A program made the position numbers and the translations under genes. The notes under the pieces are model-generated. The model saw nothing but the letters and a program-made list of their open reading frames with translations, had not been told where the DNA came from and ran no database searches. Below, one piece after another: positions 1 through 9,149 of a stretch of DNA of 64,000 nucleotides (its first letter is position 1; each line of letters starts with the position of its first letter). The DNA comes from an uncultured virus (IMG/VR IMGVR_UViG_3300006802_000088). Its lineage: Duplodnaviria > Heunggongvirae > Uroviricota > Caudoviricetes. Location of the stretch: IMG/VR virus record IMGVR_UViG_3300006802_000088; one strand, written 5' to 3'.

Positions 1-2
1 GA

Positions 3-287
3 AAATATAATTCAGGACCATCTGGCGGAGTTGATGGTGGCGGTAGTGGTGGAGGAGGTTCGCCAAGTGGTGGCGCAGCAAATAGAGGTGGCGGCGGTGG
101 GGGCGGCGGAAGAAACGGTTACAATCAAGCATGGTTCGGAGGTGCTGGGGGAGGTTCCGGGGTTGTGATTGTCAGGATTCTTTTGGGTTCGGAACCAACA
201 TCTACTACCGGCTCTCCAGTAGTTACGACTTCCGGTAGTTATAAAATTTATCAATTTAATGGTTCAGGAACAATGGTTTGGTCGTGA
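3..287 (+). CDS. Glycine-rich tail fibre/virion protein, C-terminal part (truncated by window edge)
   Basis: Frame 3 reads GGVDGGGSGGGG...ANRGGGGGGGG...GGSGVVIVR...SGSYKIYQFNGSGTMVWS*, a typical phage Gly-rich domain end. Not in the ORF track. Confidence 0.8.
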   Translation, partial: KYNSGPSGGVDGGGSGGGGSPSGGAANRGGGGGGGGRNGYNQAWFGGAGGGSGVVIVRILLGSEPTSTTGSPVVTTSGSYKIYQFNGSGTMVWS

Positions 288-1048
288 TTGAACAATTTGT
301 TGCGCTTGCAGGTTTGCCTCGCACTGGTTCAACTTTGTTGTCCGCTATTTTGTCGCAAAACCCAAAAATACATGCCGAAGGTAATTCAGCAGTATGTCAG
401 TTGATGTGGGAAACACAACAAGCGGTTATTGAAAATGAACAAATTAGAGCGAACAATAAGTTAATAAGCATCCTTGACCCATTGGTTACACAAGTTTTGC
501 CAATTTACTATTCTGACGTTACTAAACCAATTATCGTTGATAAGTGCCGTACTTGGACCCTGCCATCAAATATGGATATGTTGTATCGGTATTTTAGTGA
601 TTCTCCAAAAGTTATTGTTTTGGTAAGACCAATGGTTGAAATTATTGCTTCGTTTATGTCGCTACGACAAAATAGTGGTTGGGAAGATTTGGAAGCCAGA
701 TTATTCGATTATGGCAGTGAGCCAATAATGCGCCCCCTAGTAGGAGTTGAGTGGGCTAGAAAAAACAATAATGGCGAATTTTTGTTTGTGACTTATGACG
801 AACTTGTTGACGATACAAAAGAAACGCTTGACCGCATTTATGAGCATTGCGGATGGAAACCGTTTAAACATAATTTAAATAAAATTGTAAAAAATTTTAG
901 TCAGTCCGACGAGGTGTATGGCTTAGTTGGCATGCATGATATTCGTTCTCAGATTTCTCGCCGTACAGTGGATGTTGATTTATCCTTGGAGTTAATTGAA
1001 AAATGCAACAAGTTAGATGAGTGGAGTATGTATGGCTCACTTTGCTAA
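284..1048 (+). CDS. Sulfotransferase family protein
   Basis: 5'-PSB loop GLPRTGSTLL, DK motif, VLVRP..EIIASF, VTYDELV. GTG start overlaps the upstream TGA (GTGA). Confidence 0.85.
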   Translation: MIEQFVALAGLPRTGSTLLSAILSQNPKIHAEGNSAVCQLMWETQQAVIENEQIRANNKLISILDPLVTQVLPIYYSDVTKPIIVDKCRTWTLPSNMDMLYRYFSDSPKVIVLVRPMVEIIASFMSLRQNSGWEDLEARLFDYGSEPIMRPLVGVEWARKNNNGEFLFVTYDELVDDTKETLDRIYEHCGWKPFKHNLNKIVKNFSQSDEVYGLVGMHDIRSQISRRTVDVDLSLELIEKCNKLDEWSMYGSLC

Positions 1049-1397
1049 AATTGAAAACAATATTGTCCAAGATGTTATTGTTGTAAGCAATGACGTTTGT
1101 GGTTCTGAATTCCCAGCAAGCGAACCTGTTGGTCAGGAATTTATTGCTAATGTTTTGAAATTGGACGGAGAATGGAAGCAAACTTCTTACAATCATAATT
1201 TTCGCAAACATTATGGCGCACCTGGGTTTACCTATAATCAAGAAGTTGATATTTTTATTCCCCCAGCACCTTTCCCATCTTGGCACCTCGATGAAGAATA
1301 TAACTGGAGGGCGCCAACACCGATGCCTTCTGATGCGTCAAGTACTATCCGTTATTACTGGGATGAAGCAAATCAAGTTTGGGTCTCGGCTGATTAG
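1032..1397 (+). CDS. Conserved phage hypothetical protein (tail-fibre associated)
   Basis: MAHFAKIENNIV...WKQTSYN...FIPPAPFPSW...WRAPTPMP..YYWDE pattern, commonly seen next to phage fibre genes. Confidence 0.7.
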   Translation: MAHFAKIENNIVQDVIVVSNDVCGSEFPASEPVGQEFIANVLKLDGEWKQTSYNHNFRKHYGAPGFTYNQEVDIFIPPAPFPSWHLDEEYNWRAPTPMPSDASSTIRYYWDEANQVWVSAD

Positions 1398-1993
1398 TGT
1401 CTTCTTTTGTTCTACATAAAATAGAAGATGTTTCAGCAATTGTCAAAATAGTAAATAATTTTAACAAAGAATGGCTAGATTACACATTTCGACAAAATAA
1501 TTATTTTATTCATAGACACACACATACTGTATTGGTGACCGACTTTGATGCCGAATATTGGGAAAAAATAAGTTATCAAGAAAATAAGTTTGCAAGTCCT
1601 AAATGCAAGTTTGTATTAGAGAGGCAGAATTTGCTGGTTTTACTACAACCTATTTTAGATTATTTAAAAGCCGAACATAATGGTGAAATTGCCAAAACAA
1701 TGTTTGTCAAACTGTCTGCTAATAAAAAAATTAACGAACACAGCGATGCGGGTTTATATTTGAGCACTATTAAACGCCATCACATTCCAATTATCACTAA
1801 CGAAGATGTGTGGTTTTTTGTTGACGGTGAGAAGAAAAATTTAAAAGTTGGGGAGATTTGGGAGATTGATAACACAAAATTGCATAAAGTTGAAAACTTA
1901 AGCAATTTGGATAGAGTTCATTTAATAGTTGACATTTTGCCAAATGCTTATTTGGGTCAAGCATTAAATAATTTAGACAGAATACGACCGTAA
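1397..1993 (+). CDS. Aspartyl/asparaginyl beta-hydroxylase-like 2OG-Fe(II) oxygenase
   Basis: HSD...RHHIPIITN...GEIWEIDNTKLHKVEN...RVHLIVD motifs. Confidence 0.8.
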   Translation: MSSFVLHKIEDVSAIVKIVNNFNKEWLDYTFRQNNYFIHRHTHTVLVTDFDAEYWEKISYQENKFASPKCKFVLERQNLLVLLQPILDYLKAEHNGEIAKTMFVKLSANKKINEHSDAGLYLSTIKRHHIPIITNEDVWFFVDGEKKNLKVGEIWEIDNTKLHKVENLSNLDRVHLIVDILPNAYLGQALNNLDRIRP

Positions 1994-2017
1994 AGTATTT
2001 ATAGTAAAATTATTTTT

Positions 2018-2770
2018 ATGAACCAAAAAGAGACAGTCTATAATTCTCCTCGGTTAAAAATAATAGAAAATTTTGTGTCATTAGAAGAATGTCAATGGTT
2101 TATTGAATACTTTGAAAAACAAAATTTATGGAAATTTTGTAATGCGAAAAAAGATTATTTAGCAGACGGTAAAGATTTTGAACTCGTAGCAAGACAATGG
2201 GATGACCGTAAAATAGATTTCAACAAACTCTATTGGACCAGGGAATACTCAGAACTTTATAAAAAGATATATCCAATCATGTTGGCTGCTAAACGAGAAA
2301 TATCAATATTCTTTAATTTACCTATAAAAAATTTTCAACTTGAAAGTTGGGAAGCCGTGCGCTGGTACTATCCATACTGGCAGGGTCCGCATCTAGACTA
2401 CATAGACCCAGATTTTGATAGAAAAAATTACGATATCGACCTATCTTTTTTTTCCGAGGATGAAGAAGCATTGTATCGTCGTCATTGCACCACTAAGCAT
2501 ATGACAGGCATGATATACATGAATCAAGATTTTGAAGGAGGAGAACTTTATTTTCCGTATCACGACAACTTTGAGCTAAAACCAAAACCCGGGATGTTAG
2601 TAATGTTTTCTGGTCATGTTAAAAATCCACATGGGATAAAACAAATAACAAAAGGAACTAGATATGTACACACGACATTTTGGTGTAAAGACCCAGAAAG
2701 ATTGAGTATTGCAAAATTTCCTATTGGACACATTGAAAATTATGGCTACCCCAATAAATATTGGGAGTAA
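2018..2770 (+). CDS. Prolyl-4-hydroxylase-like 2OG-Fe(II) oxygenase
   Basis: HLD...IYMNQDFEGGELYF...KPKPGMLVMF...HGIKQITKGTRY. Confidence 0.85.
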   Translation: MNQKETVYNSPRLKIIENFVSLEECQWFIEYFEKQNLWKFCNAKKDYLADGKDFELVARQWDDRKIDFNKLYWTREYSELYKKIYPIMLAAKREISIFFNLPIKNFQLESWEAVRWYYPYWQGPHLDYIDPDFDRKNYDIDLSFFSEDEEALYRRHCTTKHMTGMIYMNQDFEGGELYFPYHDNFELKPKPGMLVMFSGHVKNPHGIKQITKGTRYVHTTFWCKDPERLSIAKFPIGHIENYGYPNKYWE

Positions 2771-2772
2771 TT

Positions 2773-3252
2773 TTATTTATTAAAAAACCAATGGTCTGGT
2801 GTTACGTAATGACAAAACATCATTTCAACAAATTTATTTTCTCCAAATTGTTTTGGAATTCTGCCATGAATTTGCTCATTTCCCAAATAACATAGAGCTT
2901 CATTTGGTTGTAAAATATATTCAATATTTTCAACCCACAAACCCCATGGCTCGGTTTGGCGAACACACAAATCTATTGTGTATGTGCAGGCATTATCGTC
3001 TTTATGCATTTCCAAAGACGCATTACCAAAATATTTACAAAATAATGAATAAGATTTAATTAAGTTGTCTAATTTAAATATTTCTTGCGCTATTGGTTCT
3101 AATAGTTTTGCATATTTTGTTGTTGTTTCTGTCTCTATCATATAACGAGACCGAGCCCGGTCGTATAGGCCTAGTTCGGCATTTGGTAGATTATTAATCA
3201 ATTCTGAATAATGCATCTCCGATAGCACATTTTTTATTATTAATGGACGCAT
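2773..3252 (-). CDS. 2OG-Fe(II) oxygenase-like protein
   Basis: LEMHKD...YTIDLCV...IHGR...FCHYV; HxD...H triad. Confidence 0.7.
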   Translation of the reverse strand: MRPLIIKNVLSEMHYSELINNLPNAELGLYDRARSRYMIETETTTKYAKLLEPIAQEIFKLDNLIKSYSLFCKYFGNASLEMHKDDNACTYTIDLCVRQTEPWGLWVENIEYILQPNEALCYLGNEQIHGRIPKQFGENKFVEMMFCHYVTPDHWFFNK

Positions 3253-3258
3253 TAAAAA

Positions 3259-3849
3259 TTACCACCAATTTACAATGCAATATTTGATACCATTTAAAAC
3301 AGGTTTTGCTTCGTGCGTAAATGGTGCCCCTGAAGGAAAAATTACTATATCTCCAGCAAAAGGATAATAAGTAAAATTTATGTCTTTAAAATATAATTCT
3401 CCGCCTTCAAAATCATCATTTAGATATCCAATTACGGAAATAGACCTTCTGGTTTGGGGGCCATCATCTAAGTGGGGAACATAAAATTCATTAATTGAGT
3501 ATTTTAAAACCTGATAACCAGTAGTTAATGCTTCATTGAACGCAACACTAAACCTGCCAGCAAAATCACTTACATAAGGTAAAAAAATTTTATGAATGTT
3601 GTTTGCAAATAATAATTCTGGGCTTGTTGGTCCTGATTCATAGTTTGGTTTTGGTGTAAACATCATTGCATTATTGCGTATTGATTCGGAAACAGTGTTT
3701 GAACCATCCATGTTCACTACACTAGCTTTTATAAAAGAAGCATTTGCCTCATTGGTATTAGACATCAATTCTGATGCTTCAATAATTTCGGTTTGAATCT
3801 TTAAAGCATTTCTATAAATACATATACCATTAACAATTATTGGTTTCAT
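3259..3849 (-). CDS. Prolyl-4-hydroxylase-like 2OG-Fe(II) oxygenase
   Basis: YVPHLD...RSISVIGYLNDDFEGGELYF...FPSGAPFTHEAKPVLNGIKY. Confidence 0.85.
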   Translation of the reverse strand: MKPIIVNGICIYRNALKIQTEIIEASELMSNTNEANASFIKASVVNMDGSNTVSESIRNNAMMFTPKPNYESGPTSPELLFANNIHKIFLPYVSDFAGRFSVAFNEALTTGYQVLKYSINEFYVPHLDDGPQTRRSISVIGYLNDDFEGGELYFKDINFTYYPFAGDIVIFPSGAPFTHEAKPVLNGIKYCIVNWW

Positions 3850-3856
3850 TTATCGT

Positions 3857-4084
3857 TCACCACTTACCAAGTGGGCATTCGGCTTTTTCTAATTTTACTT
3901 TTAACTTCATGAAGCACCCACATTCTTTGCATTGACTTGTTATTTTAAGCAAGCTAGGGCATTGTTCACAAATAGACCATCGATTTTGTGCTTCTTCTTC
4001 TGTTGCATAACTTGTATTTGGATTAACGATGTCCCAGGGTCGAGTTGTCCCTAGTTTTTTTTTATATTCCTGCCAGGCGTTCAT
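3857..4084 (-). CDS. Small Cys-rich phage protein
   Basis: RWSICEQCP...QCKECGCFMKLKV...CPLGKW. ATG overlaps the upstream TGA. Confidence 0.7.
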   Translation of the reverse strand: MNAWQEYKKKLGTTRPWDIVNPNTSYATEEEAQNRWSICEQCPSLLKITSQCKECGCFMKLKVKLEKAECPLGKW

Positions 4085-4308
4085 TGTGGAGCTACAAATT
4101 CGCTTCCATCCCAAGTCCACCCCTGAACAACTACATTTTTTTGTTCAGTAGATATTTTTTTGACAATTGGGTTCGATGAAAAAACAGCGTTATGTAATGG
4201 CATATTTGTTGCAGATACTGGCATAATCACCGCAACCTCACCATCCACAATAAAAGCATAAAATTCATAGTCTTCGGGATGGTCTGCTGGATTTCTAAAA
4301 TCACTCAT
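4081..4308 (-). CDS. Hypothetical protein
   Basis: 75-aa ORF in operon; YAFIVDGEV...GWTWDGSEF. Confidence 0.6.
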   Translation of the reverse strand: MSDFRNPADHPEDYEFYAFIVDGEVAVIMPVSATNMPLHNAVFSSNPIVKKISTEQKNVVVQGWTWDGSEFVAPQ

Positions 4309-4386
4309 TGATGTTTTTCCTTTTCGGTTTATTAAATAATATTTACTATCCTAGCGGCTTAGCTGTATTGGTCAAATAATGAATTA

Positions 4387-4953
4387 TTAACATGTACCAA
4401 AACATGGTTCGTCAGCGTATGAAGGACATCCAACGCAACCTGAAGGTTGCGGGTTGTAATAGTGTCTGTAGGTTTGACAGCCTGATGACGGTGAGTAACC
4501 CGGGCAGGGGATAAGAGCCACAGAAGTTTCGTTGCAATCAGTGCATGAAACAGGGACCGGCGGAACAGGAGTGGGAGTAGGGGTAGGGGTAGGGGGCGGA
4601 ACAGGAGTAGGGGTAGGGGTCGGCGGAACAGGGGTAGGGGTAGGGGTAGGTGGCGCTACTGGTGTTACTGCACTAGAAGCCGCAGAGGTAGCGCTTACTC
4701 CATAACCGCTTATTGTTGAAACCGTAAAAGTGTAAGAAGTGCCATTACTTAATCCAGTTACAACCAATGGAGAACTTGAACCTGATGCCGTAGCGCCACC
4801 AGGACTTGCTGTTGCTACATAAGTTGCAGTTTCTTTACCATCATAAACCGGAAGCGTAAAAGTAACAGTTGCTTGAGCGTTACCTGCTGAAGCGCTAACC
4901 GACGTAGGTGGGTCGACGTACTTTCCTTGACTAGATGTATTACCTGGAATCAC
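4387..4953 (-). CDS. Fibronectin type III domain virion protein with Pro/Thr linker and Cys-rich tail
   Basis: PTSVSASAGNAQATVTFT...VTGLSNGTSYTFTV (FN3), then (PT)n repeats and a Cys-rich C-terminus. GTG start overlaps the upstream TGA. Confidence 0.8.
   Translation of the reverse strand: MIPGNTSSQGKYVDPPTSVSASAGNAQATVTFTLPVYDGKETATYVATASPGGATASGSSSPLVVTGLSNGTSYTFTVSTISGYGVSATSAASSAVTPVAPPTPTPTPVPPTPTPTPVPPPTPTPTPTPVPPVPVSCTDCNETSVALIPCPGYSPSSGCQTYRHYYNPQPSGCVGCPSYADEPCFGTC
4560..4655 (-). repeat. Pro-Thr coding tandem repeat (GGGGTA)n on + strand
   Basis: Encodes PPTPTPTPVPPTPTPTPVPPPTPTPTPTPVPP. Confidence 0.9.
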
Positions 4954-5681
4954 GACGCACTCAAGTCGCCCATCAGCATCCAAATGTTGGTATCGCACTT
5001 AAGAAGTGTCGCCGACGAGTATTGTGCTCGCAAATAAGTGCCAGGAGTTGCATAAATAGTTACGGTTCCCGAGACAGGAATAACTTGTGTTTTACCCGAA
5101 CCGTATTGGATTATATGAATTTGTGAACCAATTGGAAAGGCGACTGATGCATTGGTTGGAACCGTGACTGTGTTTGCGGTTGTCGTAACATTCATTTTAA
5201 TAAATTTGTTTTTATCGGTTAAAGCAAGAGTGTAACTTGCTGATTTTTCGTCAATTGTTGCGTCTGCTAGTTTGCCTAAATCAATTGCGGCTGTGGTGCT
5301 AATGTCTGCGTTGACAATTGTGCCGTCAGCAATCTTGGCAGAAGTTACAGCACTATCAGCAATTTTTGCTGTAGTGACATTTGAATCCAAAATTTTTACT
5401 GTAGTTACGGCATCAGAAGCAATTTTGGCTGCAGTGACTATCCCGTCAGCTAAAGAAAATTGAGGAGCATCCTGCCACTGCGCTCCGTCATAATATTGAA
5501 CAGAATTGGTATTTGAGAGGTAGCAAAATCGGCCCTCAGTCAATACTGGTTCACCGGCTCCACCAAATGCGTTGTCGCGAGCAGCGGCATCAGCAAATAC
5601 AACCACAACTTGGTCCATGAGGAATTGGTTAACCTCGTCTGCGGTTAAAATATCCCCTTGCAAGAAAGTTTTAATTGGCAT
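4950..5681 (-). CDS. Tail fibre/minor tail protein
   Basis: Repeats VTAAKIASDA/VTTVKILDSN/VTTAKIADSA/VTSAKIADGT, plus C-terminal SYTLALTD...FPIGSQI...W.LMGDL fibre module. Confidence 0.75.
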   Translation of the reverse strand: MPIKTFLQGDILTADEVNQFLMDQVVVVFADAAARDNAFGGAGEPVLTEGRFCYLSNTNSVQYYDGAQWQDAPQFSLADGIVTAAKIASDAVTTVKILDSNVTTAKIADSAVTSAKIADGTIVNADISTTAAIDLGKLADATIDEKSASYTLALTDKNKFIKMNVTTTANTVTVPTNASVAFPIGSQIHIIQYGSGKTQVIPVSGTVTIYATPGTYLRAQYSSATLLKCDTNIWMLMGDLSAS

Positions 5682-5723
5682 TATTTTCCTCCGAGAGTCT
5701 TTGTGAGTTTATCATGTACATAT

Positions 5724-6920
5724 TTAACCCAATGCGACCTGGTCAAGAACACCAAGCTCTATGTCGTTTAAGGTAAATGCAAAACTAGTAACCGTTGTAT
5801 GAAAAACTTTATAACCCAAAGGTCTGGCCGGTTCTATGGCATTTAAGACCAAAGTGCTCGATTCTCCAGCGCTCGTGACGTCGTAGGTCTCATTCAGTAG
5901 AGTCTGAACTCTTAAAAAGAATTGGTTATTTAAGTAAAAAGGCGTTAACCCTACGGCATAAGTTGAATCTGCGCCATTTTTTGTTTTAATCAAAACTTGT
6001 CTTACCGACTCCACAATCGCCCTTCTGGTACCGGCAGCACGACCGTAATAGCCACTAAATAGCTGCCACTCTACAAAATTTCGCTGAATTGTTGGGTTAG
6101 TAAAATAGTTATTGTTGTTGCCGTCGACTATGTTTCTGCGTATTGTTGTTCCATTAAATTGGCTAAGCCAAGGAATGTATCTATCTCTAACAAAAAGAGG
6201 GTCAACTAAAACACTTCTTGAAAAATCAGTTGCTAAGTTTTCCGGGTCGGAAACTTCTGATTCATCAAATGCAAACATTGCATCATATTCTTTTTTTACA
6301 TCATTTGCTGTTGTTGTTAAAATATCTATAAGTCTATGAAATGGAGCTGTTGGAAAAGATTGCGCACTATCCAACTCCCAAAAAAAATCAGGCATGAAAT
6401 TTCTGCTTTTATAAACAAACTCATTATTGTAAAAAGCTCTATTATCTATTAGATGGGGCATTGTTAGATAAGTATTAGTCGCTCCGTGACCGGTGATGGT
6501 GATTGATACTGAAACTTCTTGTGCTTGGTCGCCTGATGGAATTGTTATGACATTCGATTGAATTGCGCCATATATATCCCCAGGTATAGATTTGCTATAC
6601 CCTGATGGTGGCGTCTGACCAACTACCGACAAAACAGTCGTAACAGTTATACCGCTACCAGATTTGACCTGAGCATTAAATGAAAGAGTTTTGCCGTTTA
6701 TATCTATTGGCAGAGGAATGTTGGAAAGTGATAAAACAATACCTGAAGAAGTATTTGGGGCCATTCTCAATACATATCTGTTTTGATTAAAAAATTCTGT
6801 AGATACGGTTGTTAATGTGCCTCCAGAAAAAATCCAATCAACAGATGCGGATTCTACTTGAGACGAGGATGTCCTCGTTAGCGCATTGTTATCATTCAGG
6901 AGATTAATAGTAGAAGGCAT
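5724..6920 (-). CDS. Baseplate wedge/tail protein (P2 gpI-like position)
   Basis: Directly downstream of baseplate J; YIPWLSQFNG...GRAAGTRRAI...ARPLG motif. Confidence 0.6.
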   Translation of the reverse strand: MPSTINLLNDNNALTRTSSSQVESASVDWIFSGGTLTTVSTEFFNQNRYVLRMAPNTSSGIVLSLSNIPLPIDINGKTLSFNAQVKSGSGITVTTVLSVVGQTPPSGYSKSIPGDIYGAIQSNVITIPSGDQAQEVSVSITITGHGATNTYLTMPHLIDNRAFYNNEFVYKSRNFMPDFFWELDSAQSFPTAPFHRLIDILTTTANDVKKEYDAMFAFDESEVSDPENLATDFSRSVLVDPLFVRDRYIPWLSQFNGTTIRRNIVDGNNNNYFTNPTIQRNFVEWQLFSGYYGRAAGTRRAIVESVRQVLIKTKNGADSTYAVGLTPFYLNNQFFLRVQTLLNETYDVTSAGESSTLVLNAIEPARPLGYKVFHTTVTSFAFTLNDIELGVLDQVALG

Positions 6921-8389
6921 TATTCTGAAGCCACCACATACGTAATAGTTAAGTCATTGGCTCCAATGAGAGGAAGTGAGCCTTTTTTGCTAAATACAAT
7001 ATCTTCATCAATTTTTGGCAACCAACTATCAAATCCATCAGAATTTTGACCAGAGCCAGTTAATGAAAGGGATTGGACATACAAAACACCTGGGATGCTA
7101 CTGATTAGTGAAATTAATTTTGTTTGCCTAACTCTGTCGTCAGTAAATGGAAATACCTGTGGACTGAGATAATTTATAATTGTATTTTCAATTGATTCCT
7201 CAAGAAGAGTTTGATTAAATTCAGAGCTAATAACAACGGTACCTGTTATTTGAAGACTAACCAAAAATGGGTCGCGAATATGAAATGTCAATCCGGCTGA
7301 AGATACTTTTTGAATATCTGCCAACATTTGGTTTTTAATAGCACTTGTTACAAATTGATTAATACCGTAAGCAAATATCGTCACATATCCAGCCTGTTCG
7401 ATTCCAGAACTCGCTGTTCCCGTAGCCGCGGCAGATGCAATGTCTGTATTGACTTTTGTAAATACTATTACAGTAGAATTTGTTGCCGTGATTGTATGCG
7501 TGCCATCAAATACGGCATTAGAACAATCAGATATTGTTACTTTATCCCCGACAATAAATTGATGTGGAGTAGAAAAGGAAACAGAAGCACTTTGCGACGT
7601 TAGCGCTACATTGGATATAGGTTTTGTTCTGGCTACCGAAACATCACCTAGTGATGAGTCTCCATAGGTTAAGTCATAAGATTTTACTCTTCCGGCATAA
7701 AGCTGATAATTCAATAATAAATACGGGTCAATTTGAGATGATTTATTAATCGATGAACTCAGTGACTGAAGATGCGTGACTGCCCTTGAAAGGTATTCAG
7801 AATCTGTGTCGCCATTGACCCCATTTGCAAAATTACCAAGAGTCACAGCGGATAATATATTTGTCCCAGAACTTAAAACCCTCATTTCGGCATTTGGGGT
7901 TGGGATTACCGGTATAACTCCTGGGGTTATACAGGTCACGGTCGCGCTGGCGCTGGGTAGTGGTGTTCCGACAGACGGCGAGGCAACCGATGGAATAACT
8001 ACCAAGTCTTTAGTCTGGAAAACCAATTCCTGTATTTCGTCTTCAAAAATTGTTTGATAACCAAATATTGTTCCAGCTGTTACGTTGCCTCCATCATAGG
8101 TTTCGGCGGTTATCGTAATATCAACTTCGGCCTGTATCGCCGGCTGACGCGCCACCTCCATCATTGCTAATATGCCGGCCATCAATCTATTTGGTAGTCG
8201 ATTAATTGCAGCTATATGTAATGAACCGATATAGGCGGCAGCTTGAAATATTGCATCTTCTGGGGTGCCTACTCGCAAATTAAATTCAGGCAAAGTTAAT
8301 TGTGCTTGTTCTATTGAACTTAAATATATGTCACCTGGTTGTTCGTCAAATATAGTTAAGTCGATGTATTTAGAGAAATCTGTAGCCAT
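6920..8389 (-). CDS. Baseplate J-like protein
   Basis: GVNGDTDSEYLSR; ISLISSIPGVLYV; synteny. Confidence 0.8.
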   Translation of the reverse strand: MATDFSKYIDLTIFDEQPGDIYLSSIEQAQLTLPEFNLRVGTPEDAIFQAAAYIGSLHIAAINRLPNRLMAGILAMMEVARQPAIQAEVDITITAETYDGGNVTAGTIFGYQTIFEDEIQELVFQTKDLVVIPSVASPSVGTPLPSASATVTCITPGVIPVIPTPNAEMRVLSSGTNILSAVTLGNFANGVNGDTDSEYLSRAVTHLQSLSSSINKSSQIDPYLLLNYQLYAGRVKSYDLTYGDSSLGDVSVARTKPISNVALTSQSASVSFSTPHQFIVGDKVTISDCSNAVFDGTHTITATNSTVIVFTKVNTDIASAAATGTASSGIEQAGYVTIFAYGINQFVTSAIKNQMLADIQKVSSAGLTFHIRDPFLVSLQITGTVVISSEFNQTLLEESIENTIINYLSPQVFPFTDDRVRQTKLISLISSIPGVLYVQSLSLTGSGQNSDGFDSWLPKIDEDIVFSKKGSLPLIGANDLTITYVVASE

Positions 8390-8392
8390 TAT

Positions 8393-8698
8393 TTATCCTT
8401 GCCCTATAATGTTGAAAGAAAATTGCACATTAGTTGTTCCACTAGCTTCGTCTAATTCTGTTTCGAGGTTGATAATTTCTACCTCTGGAACAAATCTTGC
8501 GGCATTTAAAACAAAAACATTTTTATCAATCCCATCAAAAGATGGGTCCCTAACCCCAAAGCGCGGAGAAAAAATAAGAGTTTGCGGCTCTGTTAAACAA
8601 GCAATTGTCAATAATTGAGCAAAGTAATCGCTGGTATTGTCTTCTAGTTTGACAAATCCTGTCGAATCAAATTTAATTGGGAATTTAATCATTTGCAT
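8393..8698 (-). CDS. Baseplate wedge gp25-like protein
   Basis: IKFPIKF...TEP...PRFGVRDP...FVPEVEI; size and position. Confidence 0.7.
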   Translation of the reverse strand: MQMIKFPIKFDSTGFVKLEDNTSDYFAQLLTIACLTEPQTLIFSPRFGVRDPSFDGIDKNVFVLNAARFVPEVEIINLETELDEASGTTNVQFSFNIIGQG

Positions 8699-8702
8699 AA
8701 AA

Positions 8703-9059
8703 TCATGCCTCTAATGCTTCAATTCGAGAAACAAGGTCTTTTATTGTTTGTTCTAATTCCGCGACTTTTTTTCTGTCAGCAAATACATCTTCACTAATTG
8801 TTGCATGCCCAAATACAATTAGTTCTTTAAAAAACTCATCAGTAAAAGTACATACCGCAGTGTCTCCGGATTTCATTTTATTTAATTTTGTCGTACCAAT
8901 TGGCGTGATTGGACCAAATGTGCTGCCAAGACTAGGGACGGAGACTTTGACCCGACCAGAATCATCGACAAAAGTAACCGTACATTTATAAAAAACACCA
9001 GGTTTTAACGGGTACGAGGCAGCCTTACCTCTGTCGATAATTAAAGGCCTATTTAACAT
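8703..9059 (-). CDS. Putative baseplate spike/gpV-like OB-fold protein
   Basis: GRVKVSVPSLG...GDTAVCTF; lies between hub and gp25-like genes. Confidence 0.55.
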   Translation of the reverse strand: MLNRPLIIDRGKAASYPLKPGVFYKCTVTFVDDSGRVKVSVPSLGSTFGPITPIGTTKLNKMKSGDTAVCTFTDEFFKELIVFGHATISEDVFADRKKVAELEQTIKDLVSRIEALEA

Positions 9060-9149
9060 AATTTAAATCCCTGTCCTGAATGTGATTCAAACAAGTTTAC
9101 ATCAATAGACGGACTCCTTAAGCCGTAAAGATTTAAGCAAAAAAACATA

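Noticed and set aside
12..254. 80-aa minus-strand ORF
   Set aside because: Antisense shadow of the Gly-rich + strand gene.
4560..4655. G-quadruplex-like (GGGGTA)n tract
   Set aside because: Fully explained by Pro-Thr codons on the minus strand.
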